Below, piece by piece: positions 10,441 to 21,437 of a stretch of DNA of 64,000 bases (the first letter of the stretch is position 1; each line of letters begins with the position of its first letter). The position numbers and the translations under genes are program-made. Under the pieces are notes generated by a model. The model was not told where the DNA came from. It saw only the letters and a program-made list of their open reading frames with translations, and did not search any database. This DNA comes from Macrostomum lignano (taxonomy: Eukaryota), in assembly GCA_002269645.1 (NCBI GenBank), contig NIVC01002260.1, forward strand, positions 1 to 64,000. The letters run 5' to 3'.

Positions 10441-12039
10441 GTGATGAGCACAGTGGCAGGCAATAAGCAGTGAGCTTGCACTGACCGGTGATCCCATGGA
10501 ATCTGCAGCACTGCTGCGGACTCGGGCGTGCCTCCCTTCTTCCCAGTCGCTGCCGGGCAGGTGGCTGCTGCCTCCCCCTCCCCTGCCCCAGAAGGCCGAG
10601 CAGAGTAGCGAGTTTCTGCGCCCCTCCCGCCCTGCTGCAGTCGCTGGGCAAAAAGGGTTCCGGGGAGTCTCCGTGCACTGCAGGACGCGGGCCGCATTTT
10701 CCCCGCAGGAAAGCGCAGCCGTGTTTAGAATGCGCTGCCTGTTTATGTCAAGCAGTTGTGGGTCTGCTGCTGCGACTCCGTGACTACTGCGGCTGCGTCA
10801 GGGAAGCAGATGGCTGTAGCGCTGAAACCCCCGTTCCGTCTCCGCAGGATTTATCACCTGTGCTGCTCCCCTGCTCCCGGTGTCCCTTGAATTCCCCAAC
10901 CCCAGGTTGATGAATCGCCGCGCTGCCTACCTGGCGGAGAAGGCGAGCTGCTGTTAACATAAAAAGTAAATCCACTGTGCTGAGGAGGCGGCGGACGCGT
11001 TAATTTGCCGAGTTATTAACTGCCGACCCCCGTTCGGAGATGCGGGCGGCCGGTCCGGTGTTGCAGGAGGCTGCGCAATCAACTCGCAGGTCTCCGAGGC
11101 CGCCGCCGCTGCTAATGACTGCCCGCCTGGCCTGTCCTGAGCAGCGGGGTGGAGGAGGCCACGCAGCCACGCCCGAAAGCTACATTTTTGGAGATTAACG
11201 CCGCCCCCGCTGTTGCGGGGGGGGGGGGCTCGCCAGACTGAAACTGCAGCCGCCCCGGGGGGGGGCAGCCGACTCTTAGCGGAGTGGCGGCGGCTGACTC
11301 GGCAAAACAATTCCGCTGTATTGACTTGGCCAGCCGCTGGAACAGACTGAGGGGCGGGGGGAGTGGCTGCAGCCTCCGCCAGTTCACGCAAAGCCGCCGC
11401 ACAGACCTGGCCATGTTTTTGCGCTCGCAGATGTTCCACGGCATGGGGGTGGCCTGCAGAGAGTCTGAACTGCGGCTTGTCATTTTTATGCTATTCAAAC
11501 TTCGTCACCGGATTGCGGGGCCCGAGCCCAGCGTCCCAATCCTTCATCAGTCCTGACAGGCTGGGGAGGCTGGGAGGGGCTGCTGGGAGAGGTTAGAGTG
11601 GCTGCAGTAAGCGGCGAGAGCGCTTTTTCGAGTTTGGACATCGAATTCTCTGGAAAGGTGACTGCCCGCGGTCCGGCTAAGTAGAGGGGGACTGCAACCC
11701 CCCCCCCCCCCCGGCGGCAGCTGGGGACAATGGGAGCGGCAGAGGCCGGATAATGGCGATAAGGCCCAGGCAAAACTCTCGGGTGGGCCGGAGACCAGAG
11801 CGGCAATCAGCGCGGATCAATTGGAGGCGGAGGGCGCCTTCTGCTACTAGAAGAAGAAATTGCTTTCCTGGCTGGCTGGCGGTGAGATGGAAAATCTCGG
11901 CCGCTATCGGGAAAAAATCTTTTTTCTTTTATTGCGGGGTGGCTGCTTCTGCTTGCTTTATCTTCTAGTTGCAGCCCCGGCCCGCTTAATCCCCGCCGCC
12001 CCCCGCTGAACTTTCCCAGTGCCAGTATCCACGTTAGCT

Positions 12040-12280
12040 GCTGAGGGAGCAGGGAGAGATGAGCTGGGGACTGAGGGAGGGAGCGGGGATAGATGAGCTG
12101 GGGACTGAGGGAGGGAGCGGGGAGAGATGAGCTGGGGACTGAGGGAGGGAGCGGGGAGAGATGAGCTGGGGACTGAGGGAGGGAGCGGGGATAGATAAGC
12201 TGGGGACTGAGGGAGGGAGCGGGGAGAGATGAGCTGGGGACTGAGGGAGGGAGCGGGGAGAGATGAACTGGGGACTGAGG
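12040..12280. repeat. ~33-37-bp purine-rich minisatellite (GAGGGAGCGGGGAGAGATGAGCTGGGGACTGAG)
   Basis: Directly visible, about 7 copies. Confidence 0.9.
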
Positions 12281-12597
12281 AACTGAGGTGAAGTCGGTTT
12301 GATTTGAGTACCGGTGCGCGGCTTCACTTAAGCGGGCTCGTGTTTATTAATATGGCGCTGGGCACGCAGGCAGGCCGGCCGGGAGACAACACGGGCGGCT
12401 GGACAGCAAGCGGACGCGGTACGAAAGCATTGATAAGCTGCGGCTAATGAGGAGCGATGGAGACAAGCGGGGGGACAAGGACAGACAGACAAAACTAGGG
12501 GGGGGGGTCCAAAGCGGGCTGTCCACATCAAAAATTTGTTTTCGCATTGCGCCTTGTCATTCAATGTCGTCACTCTCTCGGCGGCGCCGCGCCGAGG

Positions 12598-13944
12598 TCA
12601 AACGCGAGTTCCGTTGTCGGAGTCGTCAGCGGCGTCACTGCCGGTTTTAGCGGCCGCCTGGGCGGCAGCTCCGTTGTCGCTGAGCGGCTTCAGCTCCACT
12701 GCCTCAGGCTCGGCCTGCGGCTTCGGCTTCGCCCCGTCGGCGGCCATCAGGGAGACGCCGGCCGAGCGTTCGGTATCGGTGGCGGCGGCGGCGGCGGCAG
12801 CAGCGATGGTGACCCCGGGCCCGGTGCCGGCGTTGCTGCCCCTTCGATCGCCCTTCTGGCAGAGCTCCTTGCGGAACTGCTGGTCCTTGAAGAAGTAGAT
12901 GAAGACGTTGACGCTGGAGTCGGCCAGGGACAGGATGTACGTGAGCTGCGCCGCGCGCATCTTCAGGCTCTGGTCGGGGATGCGGACGAACTTCTCCAGC
13001 AGGTAGAGGGCGGCCCGCGGCAGCTCCAGCAGGGCGAAGGCGAGAGCGAAGATGAACACCATGCGGGTGACGCGCTTGTTGCGCTCGGAGCTGCTGGCCA
13101 TGGCGTTGCCGCGGTGCAGGGAGACGATGAGCACGATGGAGCTGAACAGGATCACCAGCAGCGGGATGATCTGGCTGAGCAGCGTCCAGAGCATGTTCAC
13201 GGTGTTCCAGAACGGCGGCGTGCCGAGCGGCACATGCAGCAGCAGGAGGCCGCCGCCGGTCCAGCCGGCCGAGTCGCACACGTGAAACTCCGGCCGCATG
13301 AAGTTCTGTGCGTCCTTGATGAAGGCGCGGACTCCGCCGAGGACGAGCACCACGGCCACCTTGGCGACGAACATGCCGGAGACGCGGCCGAGGCTGAAGA
13401 GGCGGCTGGCGTTGACGCTGGTCCGCCGTGTGGCCACGTAGGAGCGCAGCAGGGCGGTGAGGCCGACCCAGCAGTTGCGGGAGAACTGCGACAGCACTGC
13501 CAGGTAGTTGGAGAAGCTCAGGAACAGGTAGAAGGCTGTGGCCTGAGCCCGGCCGTCGGTGGGCAGGTAGGTGGAGTAGTAGAAGTCCAGTGTGGTCGAG
13601 TTTTCGCTCAGCAGCGGGTCGAAGCCGACCCAGCGGATTCGCATGCGGTGGCTGAGCATCGCGATGCTGTACGACAGGGTGCTGCCCAGGCAGAAGGCGA
13701 TCTCGCAGATCGTGAGAAAGATGAAGAACAGCAGGAAGTTGTTGCGGCCCCTGGAGTGGCTGAACACCCGCAGAAACACCACTAGGGATAGGATATTGAG
13801 CACCAGGCCGGCCAGGGCGGTGCCGATGGTGAGCAGGATCAGCTTGTCCATGGACTCCTGAGAAGCCCAGTAGGCCGTCTCATTGAGCGGCTCCCCTCTG
13901 GAGCGGTTGCCGCCAAGAACGGTGAAGCACTCGCCGGTCAGCAT
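12598..13944 (-). CDS. Intronless class A (rhodopsin-like) GPCR, probably peptide/FMRFamide-receptor-like orphan (448 aa)
   Basis: Seven hydrophobic segments. TM1 GxxLN, TM2 LTICE, TM3 end LLRSYVA (DRY equivalent), TM6 FALLELP, TM7 DSSVNVFIY (NPxxY equivalent), helix 8 FRKEL. N-terminal NRS sequon. First true ATG at 13944 (the ORF track starts at an upstream GTG). Confidence 0.9.
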   Translation of the reverse strand: MLTGECFTVLGGNRSRGEPLNETAYWASQESMDKLILLTIGTALAGLVLNILSLVVFLRVFSHSRGRNNFLLFFIFLTICEIAFCLGSTLSYSIAMLSHRMRIRWVGFDPLLSENSTTLDFYYSTYLPTDGRAQATAFYLFLSFSNYLAVLSQFSRNCWVGLTALLRSYVATRRTSVNASRLFSLGRVSGMFVAKVAVVLVLGGVRAFIKDAQNFMRPEFHVCDSAGWTGGGLLLLHVPLGTPPFWNTVNMLWTLLSQIIPLLVILFSSIVLIVSLHRGNAMASSSERNKRVTRMVFIFALAFALLELPRAALYLLEKFVRIPDQSLKMRAAQLTYILSLADSSVNVFIYFFKDQQFRKELCQKGDRRGSNAGTGPGVTIAAAAAAAATDTERSAGVSLMAADGAKPKPQAEPEAVELKPLSDNGAAAQAAAKTGSDAADDSDNGTRV

Positions 13945-15519
13945 GGCTGCAGTGCGAGCTCGGGTGGTGCGGCCGGGCCACTGCCACTGGCGAAGTCCTT
14001 TTTCACTGGCACGAGCGCGCAGCTCTACTGGCCTGCGCGGCCCGGCCAATAAGACCGGGGCTGCCCCCCCCCCACCCACGGGGCGGCTCTCTGACGCCGC
14101 GGTAGGCCCCGGGGAAGAGCTGAGCTGCCGGGAGCGCGATTGAAAGGAGCTCAGAGTGTGTGCTGTGGCAACAACTCAATTAATATGTCATTCCAAGCTT
14201 TCAGCTCGCGCACTGTTCCCACTTCATCAGTCCATATTGCGGCCCCGGCGTCCCAGCCTCGCATTTAGTCGGTGGCTGATGAGGCGACTGAGCTGGTCAG
14301 ATCCTGTTTGCCCTGAGCTGTGCGCGATTTCTCTAGACTGCCAGCAGCCCCCCCCCCCCGGCGCGCGACAGACCGGCCGGGCAGGTGCCGGCCGAGCATA
14401 AATCACCCCTGCTCAGAGCTCACCACATCGTGTTTCCCGGCACAGCAGGCTGAGTGGGCGAGTGAGAGTGCTGCAAATTGGCTTCTCAGCTGCCGGCCTC
14501 ACGCGCCCGCACTTTCAATCCGTTTCCACCTGCCCCTCCGCCGCGGGCCGGGACTCGCGCCAAGCACAGTTTCTGTCGCCGCCTTCGTGACAGGCGGGAA
14601 GTTGAATCGAATTCAGTGAGCCGAAGCAGGGGGGGGGTGGAAGCCAGAGGCAACTGCTTCATCACGGGCTTCCCAGCCTGCTAGCCGCTACTTGGCAAGA
14701 TCGATTGCGGCTGCGAGGGCTGGGGGAGGGGATAATTTTCCAAGAAGCGCCGCTCTGAGTTTTACAAGTGAAGCCCGAGCAGTTCTTGAGCGTCACGGCA
14801 GCCGGTGTTGGAGCCCGCGCTAATTTTAGTTGAAGAGCCGGACCTCTCGCGGTTGATCCGGGATGGCGACAGCTCCGTTCCGAGTGCTCGGCTGAGCAGG
14901 TCTCAAAATCTGCTTTCAAGTCCTCCCAGCATGAAACAGTGCGGAGATCAGCCCGGGCGGGGAGCAGAGTGGGGTAGCAACTACAAAGAGAATGCCCCTC
15001 ATCCCCAAGCGGATGTTCGTGTCTTGGGGCCGCAGGTACTGCGTCCTGAGGTACCCTCTAGCGGGATCGGTGGCGGCCAGCTGCCCTGCCCGGCCTCGCA
15101 ATAAATTTTACTCGCTTTAAAATTTCTGTCCAGGGGGAGGGGGATCTGCGGATTCGCGGCCAGATTGGAAGCGCCGCCTGATTTCTGCTTTGCCGGCTTT
15201 CGGGGGATTATCGACCGAGAATCAAGACATTTGTCCCGCGCGCTGTTTATCTCGCTCTCAATTTCCGCAGTTAGCGCGGCGGAGGCGACAGAGAGTGTCG
15301 GCAGGAGCAGAGAAAAATTGTCGAATTCCCCAATCGGGATTTGAAAATTCCCCCCAAAACTAGCCCAGAGAGTTTTGTGCAGGAAAGCGCAGACGCATTT
15401 GACCTCAAAGCTTTCCATCTAACATGGCGAAACTAAACGTAGACAAAACTTCAGAAGATACGAGCGGCAACTGCTTCAGTATCTTCTGCAATCTCGGCTG
15501 CAGGGCTCTTTTCAGTGCC

Positions 15520-15925
15520 TTAGCTGGTACCTCCTACCAGTTCATCCCACAGAGCCTCCAACAGTGTCTCCTGAGGTACCTCCTACCAGTTCATCCCACA
15601 AAGCCTCCAACAGTGTCTCCTGAGGTACCTCCTACCAGTTCATCCCACAGAGCCTCCAACAGCGTCTCCTGAGGTACCTCCTATCAGTTCATCCCACAGA
15701 GCCTCCAACAGTGTCTCCTGAGGTACCTCCTACCAGTTCATCCCACAGAGCCTCCATCAGTGTCTCTTGAGGTATCTCCTACCAGTTCATCCCACAGAGT
15801 CTTCAGCAGTGTCTCCTGAGGTACCTCCTACCAGTTCATCCCACAGAGCCTCCATCAGTGTCTCCTGAGGTACCTCCTACCAGTTCATCCCACAGAGCCT
15901 CCAACATGCCTCCTGAGGAACCTCC
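15520..15925. repeat. 49-bp minisatellite (GGTACCTCCTACCAGTTCATCCCACAGAGCCTCCAACAGTGTCTCCTGA), ~8 copies
   Basis: GGTACC recurs at 15526, 15575 and onward with period 49. Confidence 0.95.
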
Positions 15926-16942
15926 TTAAGCCTGGGCCACAGCCTCGCTGCATTCCTACCCCACAGGATTTGCCGGTGCCCTGTTAGATCAGCTGCGCAA
16001 AGCTCGTGAAACGCATCCAGTCAAAAGACTTCCCGCATCGAACCTCATTATTCCGGCTCCCCGAGTGTCAAAACTGTTTAAGCTGAACAAAGGCAAATTT
16101 TGTCTGTCAGCTGGCAGCAGCGTCAACACCCTTGGCGCCGTCCTGTAAGACTCGCTGCGCGCTGTGCCCAGCTGAGGCCGAGCCTTGCGAAAAGGCGCCG
16201 CATTTTTCTTTGAAAAAAAGTGCAAGATAAACTTTGTCGAGCGATGCCGCTGACTTAACTCCGGAAATGTGTTTATGAGTTCGTGAGTTCATGAGTTCAT
16301 GAGTGAGTTATGAGTGAGTTCATGGAAAGCTTCCAAGGCTCTTCCCTTAGGAAAAAAAGTGGAGCTTTCGACTTAGATTATCGACTGTTCTTCCTGGCAA
16401 TGCCTTTGTGAGAATGTTTGTCAACCGGGTGGAAGCCGGTGAAGTTTCTGCCATGTACTCAAGGGCAGAACAGATCAGCGGTGAACACGTCCGGCTCTCA
16501 CGTCGATTAATTGATTAATTTTTCGATTAATTTTCGGCTTGTTGCGACTTTCTAAGTCTTTTTTTCAGTTCACCTTCACTTGTCGGTTTAACTCTGTTTG
16601 CTCTCTCTGTCTTGTAATTCTTATCTCTCTCCCTCGCCGCCTTCTGATTGGCTCTCCATTTACGCCTCTCTCTTTAGTCGCGCACTCAACCCCTCCTTTT
16701 ATTATTCTGGACTCCACCACCCCCACCTCCCTGTCTTATAAATATACTGGTTCGCCCAACTCACTTTTACTTGTCTCTTATCTCTCTCACTATTACTAAA
16801 TATTTTCTACTTACTAAATATTATTTAGTATTTTATTTACACGATTTGTGCATCAAAATTGGCTTGATCGGATGTTGCTGTGCGATTCACATCCACGGCG
16901 TAGGAGTGTACATGCCAGGTGATGCTCAGGAGTGGGTGGAAC

Positions 16943-17319
16943 CATAGATAAAGTATACCATAGATTCCACCCCTGCCCAGAATGTACACACGCTCGTGTC
17001 CAAACTTTGACCACCATAAAACTCACCGTGCTCTCATTGGCTGGCGCGAAAGCCTTCCTTTCAACACCTTCAATTTCATTCCCTCACCCCTTCCACACAA
17101 GAAAGCTTTATAACTTTAATGCGCGGAACGAAAGGATGTCTTACCAGTTTCAACAGTTAAAGCGGAGATAATAGAAAAGCGGAGTTGGGGGAATGTACAC
17201 ACGTGGACTCAATGTGCATAGCGTGGCCCAGCCAATAGGAGCGCAGTGAATAAAGTGATTGTCACAATTTAGACACTCCGCGGGGGTAGGGGTGGAATCT
17301 ATGGTATACTTTATCTATG
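16943..17319. mobile_element. 377-bp MITE with 32-bp perfect TIRs and 8-bp TSD; P-element-like termini
   Basis: TIR CATAGATAAAGTATACCATAGATTCCACCCCT at 16943-16974, inverted at 17288-17319. GGTGGAAC flanks both sides (16935-16942, 17320-17327). CANRG termini with a 7-8-bp TSD are typical of the P superfamily. Confidence 0.85.
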
Positions 17320-17949
17320 GGTGGAACTGCCTCACCGCTGGATGTGGGGGGACGTCCCCGAAGGCGTCGCGCTAGGGTGGCTGCAGGCCTCTTGAAGTTA
17401 TAGAAATAACAAGCCGAATATCTTGAAACAAGGATTTTTTTATATTTCTGCATGTTATAAATACATGTGTAATATTTAAAAAGCATCCGCATCTACAGAG
17501 TAGCGGGAGAAGCATCCTCACAGACAAGACGGGCGAGACTCGTGTGCTACAGCCGGTTCGCAAGGAAGATCTCACTTTTTAGACTAATTCCTAGCTCGCG
17601 CCGTCACCGCCCCTCCCCAGCCAAGGGACCTGGGCTCGAGGCCCCAAATCAAGGGCCGAGATGTCTTTCAAACGGCTGCACGGACAAACAACTGGATTTG
17701 GCCTGGGGCGAGGACCCGAAATCCACTCGGATCACCTGGAGACTCAATCCATTCTGTGTTAACCCTCGAGTCTGTCTGGGCAGGGAGCCAGAAGGTCTCG
17801 CCCAAAACAATACTGGGAACAAAATAATATAGAAATGGCGTTGCGCTTCACAGCATTTTGAATTTCTTTCATGTCAAAAAGCATCGTGAATATCAAAACA
17901 GCATTTTGTGGGGTCTGTGAGGTCAATGATTTCTCCGATGGCAGCGGAG

Positions 17950-20774
17950 CTACTGCCGAGTCATCTCGCAGACCACAAGGGTCTCCAACTGCTCGCAGGC
18001 CTCCATGTCGTCTGTGAACCTCGCGTAGTCCTTCCGCCGCTCCTCCGGCGGCACGTCCGAGCCCAGGTTCACGACGCTCCGCCGGTAGACCTGCTCGAGG
18101 GGGAAGCCGGACCACTTCACCCGCTCGGCCAGGGCTTCGATGATGCTGTCCGGGACAGTGTCCGAGATGCTGTCGTCTTGGAGGTTGTAGTTCGGGCTGA
18201 TGGCCGGCGGCTGCCGGTTGTTCAACACGCTGTCCACCGCCTCCATCAGGCGGTGGATGCAGCCCCCTGCCTGAGGTGTCAACGTGTCCTCGTAGCTGCT
18301 GCGGTCTTCTTCGAGGTGATACCCGGCACAGTGCTTCACCAGGTGCGCGTTGCTTTGAAGAAAGCGCAGGTCGTCTGCGCAGCCGTTGACTTTCATGTCC
18401 TGCAGGCGGTCGCGGGCCAGCTGGCTGTCCAACAGCTGACTGCAGCTCGCCCGCTTCTTGCGCTCCCGCGCCAGCATGGACGTCAGGAGGGTGTCCAGCT
18501 CAATGGGGTACTCCTTCGGCAGCCGCGGCAGCGGGGAGTCGCCGCACACCTGCTCCTTCAGCTTGTTTGGATCGAACGGCAGTCGCATGGTGCTCATCTC
18601 AAAAAGGGTGCAGCCGAGGCTCCAGACGTCGCACTTGCTGTCGTATCCTACCAAAAGGTAAGTCAGTGAGTGCATTAAAGTCAGTAGTGCTGACTCTTCT
18701 AATAATGGCTACTCCAAATTATTATTGCTTTCCTGTTAACAGTCCGATACGATAAATATGAGGCTAGAGTTTGCAGTTTCGGGGTGCTGTGATGGCGTAC
18801 AATTCTTAAGATTTGTCTCAATTGATGCTCAAGATCTGTCTCGATTGATGCTCAAGATCTGTCTCCATTGATGCTCAAGATCTGTCTCGATTGATGCTCA
18901 AGATCTGTCTCGATTGATGCTCAAGATCTGTCTCGATTGATGCTCAAGATCTGTCTCGATTGATGCTCAAGATCTGTCTCGATTGATGCTCAAGATCTGT
19001 CTCGATTGATGCTCAAGATCTGTCTCGATTGATGTCTTAGATTTGTCTTGATTTGATGCTCAAGATCTGTCTCGATTGATGTCTTAGATTTGTCTTGATT
19101 TGATGCTCAAGATCTTTCTCGAGTGATGCTTAAAATATTTTTGAGCGTGTATTTTTTGAACCGAATAGCTTTAAAAAGAACATCTGAGAAAATATTTCTA
19201 AATGATAGCTTTAAAGGTGGTTGCTGGGGAAGCTCTGATTCAGTATGCGAGGAGACCACATCCTCCTATCTCTACATTTTTACCTACCTTCGACGGGAAC
19301 ATCGACAGTAGCGGTCAGGGTGCCGTTGAGGTTGCTCATGATCTCCGGGCACATGTACATCAAAGTGCCGGCCACTGTCGAGGCGTAGTCGCCCTCGCCG
19401 AGCAGCCGACGGGCGAAGCCGAAGTCTCCAATCTTAGCGGTGGCGTCCTGTTTCAAGAAGATATTCTTCGGCTTGATGTCGCGGTGGATGATTTTGTTGC
19501 CGTGCAGGTAATCCAGTCCAAGCAGCAACTGCAGGAACCAGCGAATAACGGTGTCCACGGGGAATTTCTTGTGCTTCCGGTCCAGGCCGTTGATCCAGGC
19601 GTCCAAGTCGCCGAACTCGCAGAACTCCATGACGATGCAGAAGTTCTTTTCCACTGAAAATTGATCATGGCAAATTTGGAGAAATTCTACGGCTGCTGGA
19701 AGTAGTATCTGTAGCACATAAACAGTAACAAGAGTTCCGACCGCCAACAAAGCCAGCACATTGATGCTCCCCATGGTCATTACCCTTTAAATACTGCATG
19801 ATGCGAACAACTTGCGGGTGGTCCGCCATGAGCATGATCTTCGCCTCGTGAATCCCGTCTCTCTGAATTTCAATCGTGCGACGGTTGGGCTGCGGCCGCA
19901 TGACCTTCACCACGGCTTTGGCGTCCTGGCAGCGGAGGTTTTGTGCCACGAACGCGCAACCGAAAGTGCCTTTGCCGATTATTTCAATGACTTTGTACTG
20001 CCCGTTGAGCACGTCGTTCGACAGTCCCGTATCGCGCTTCACTTCCTCCCTGCAGAAAGCGGAGATTCCTCCTCGATGCTAAAGGTCGTAACTTTGTCGA
20101 AATTTGAAACCTTTAATCAAAAGTCACTGATAAAAAAATCACCTGTGCTCCCTCTCGTCCAGCAGGGCCCTGTAGATCCGGTCACACTTGGACCGCTCCC
20201 CCGGTTCGGCCGAGGAGCGCTGGTCATAGGCGATGTCCTCGGCCGTTTTGCCGCTAGCCGTGCGGTGGGTGAGGCTCGCACCGAAGTCCAGCAGCTGGTC
20301 CACCGTCTTTGGCCGCTTGTTAGACACGGCCAGGGTGAGTGCTGTGTGGCCCCCGCGTTGGGAGGCGACTTCTAGCTCGGCCCCGTGCTGCAGCAGCAGC
20401 AGCGCCAGGGATGTCGCCCCGCGCTTGGCCGCTTTCATCAGCGCCGTGAAGCCGGCCCGGTTGCGGAGGTTCAGGTCGCAGCTGCTCTGCAGCAGGAGGT
20501 GCTTGGCCACAGCCTCGTGACCGCTCTTCACCGACATGATCAGCGCCGTGTCGCCGTTTCGTCCTGATGGCTCGTTGATTCGACAGTCGCTGCACCTGGT
20601 AAGCTCAACCACCACCTGCAAGTGTCCGCCCATCGCTGCCAGGTGCAGCAGAGTCAGCTGGCCACTCCCGTCGCGCAGGTTGGCGTCTCCACCGGCGTCG
20701 AGATACTGGCAGAGCTTCTCCGCATTGCCTGTTCGGGCTGCTTCCAGAGCCTGGTCCAATGTTGGTCGGGACAT
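17950..20774 (-). CDS. Ankyrin-repeat + NEK-like Ser/Thr kinase (4 coding exons, 653 aa)
   Basis: Exons 20774-20143, 20049-19784, 19653-19288 and 18647-17950. All introns are GT-AG and the phases join in frame (1962 nt). About 5 ankyrin repeats (TLLHLAA, TALIMSV, TALMKAA, TALTLAV). Kinase motifs: GKGTFG, AVVK, HRDIKPKN, DFG, GTLMYMCPE, DVWSLG. The IRWFLQLLLGLDYLH segment resembles NEK kinases. Confidence 0.9.
18820..19125. repeat. 23-bp intronic minisatellite (GATGCTCAAGATCTGTCTCGATT)n
   Basis: Directly visible inside kinase intron 3. Confidence 0.95.
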
Positions 20775-21437
20775 TCCCAATATTTCGTGTCTGTTGCGAG
20801 GAGACCAAGAGAGAAATGCGGGAGCTTTAGGTTCAGTGCGTTGAGTCTGTCGGTCTTGCCCTTGAGTGGCCTGTTATATGAAGCACTACGAACTCTGTGA
20901 GGGACTCAGAGAGAGATAAAGACAGATAAACTGCTTTCTTCTCTCTGCCTTTTTCTATTGTTTATCGTACTGGGCAAACACTGCACGCATCTTTGAGTTC
21001 GTCACAGAATGTACTCAGAGCTTGAGGAGAGACGGGCCCTCAGGTTTCTGGTCTCAGCGAGTAGTTGAGTTTGGATTGCTCTGAGGCTTCTGTCTTTTTT
21101 GCAGCTCAGATCCGCAAGATTCGGAAAGTAACTTCATTCTAAAATGGTGGCTCACCTCCTGGTTGAAATATGCAGATAGCTTGAGGATGGTTGGCACCCC
21201 AAAAGGCGCTTAGTTTAAACAGACTTTCAAAACTGTAGGGTGAAAATTTTCTTCTGCCGCGGGAACTCGTGAAAGTTGATGGTTGAAGATTTTATCAGAC
21301 GCACTGTGTGTTCATGCAAGCTTGATAGAAGCGCCTGTTTGCACTGACAGGACGAGACACGTATTTATGGCACACCAGCCAGAGCCAGCTCCATCTTCGC
21401 ATCGCATGCTATCTAGCATTTTACCGGCGGACAGAGC

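Noticed and set aside
12547-13785. 412-aa + strand ORF
   Set aside because: Antisense shadow of the GC3-rich GPCR; no domain motifs
15520-15925. 49-bp repeat as a CRISPR array
   Set aside because: The whole unit repeats with no variable spacer
20139-20780. Stand-alone ankyrin protein and separate kinase genes as listed in the ORF track
   Set aside because: Canonical splice sites join them in frame into one gene
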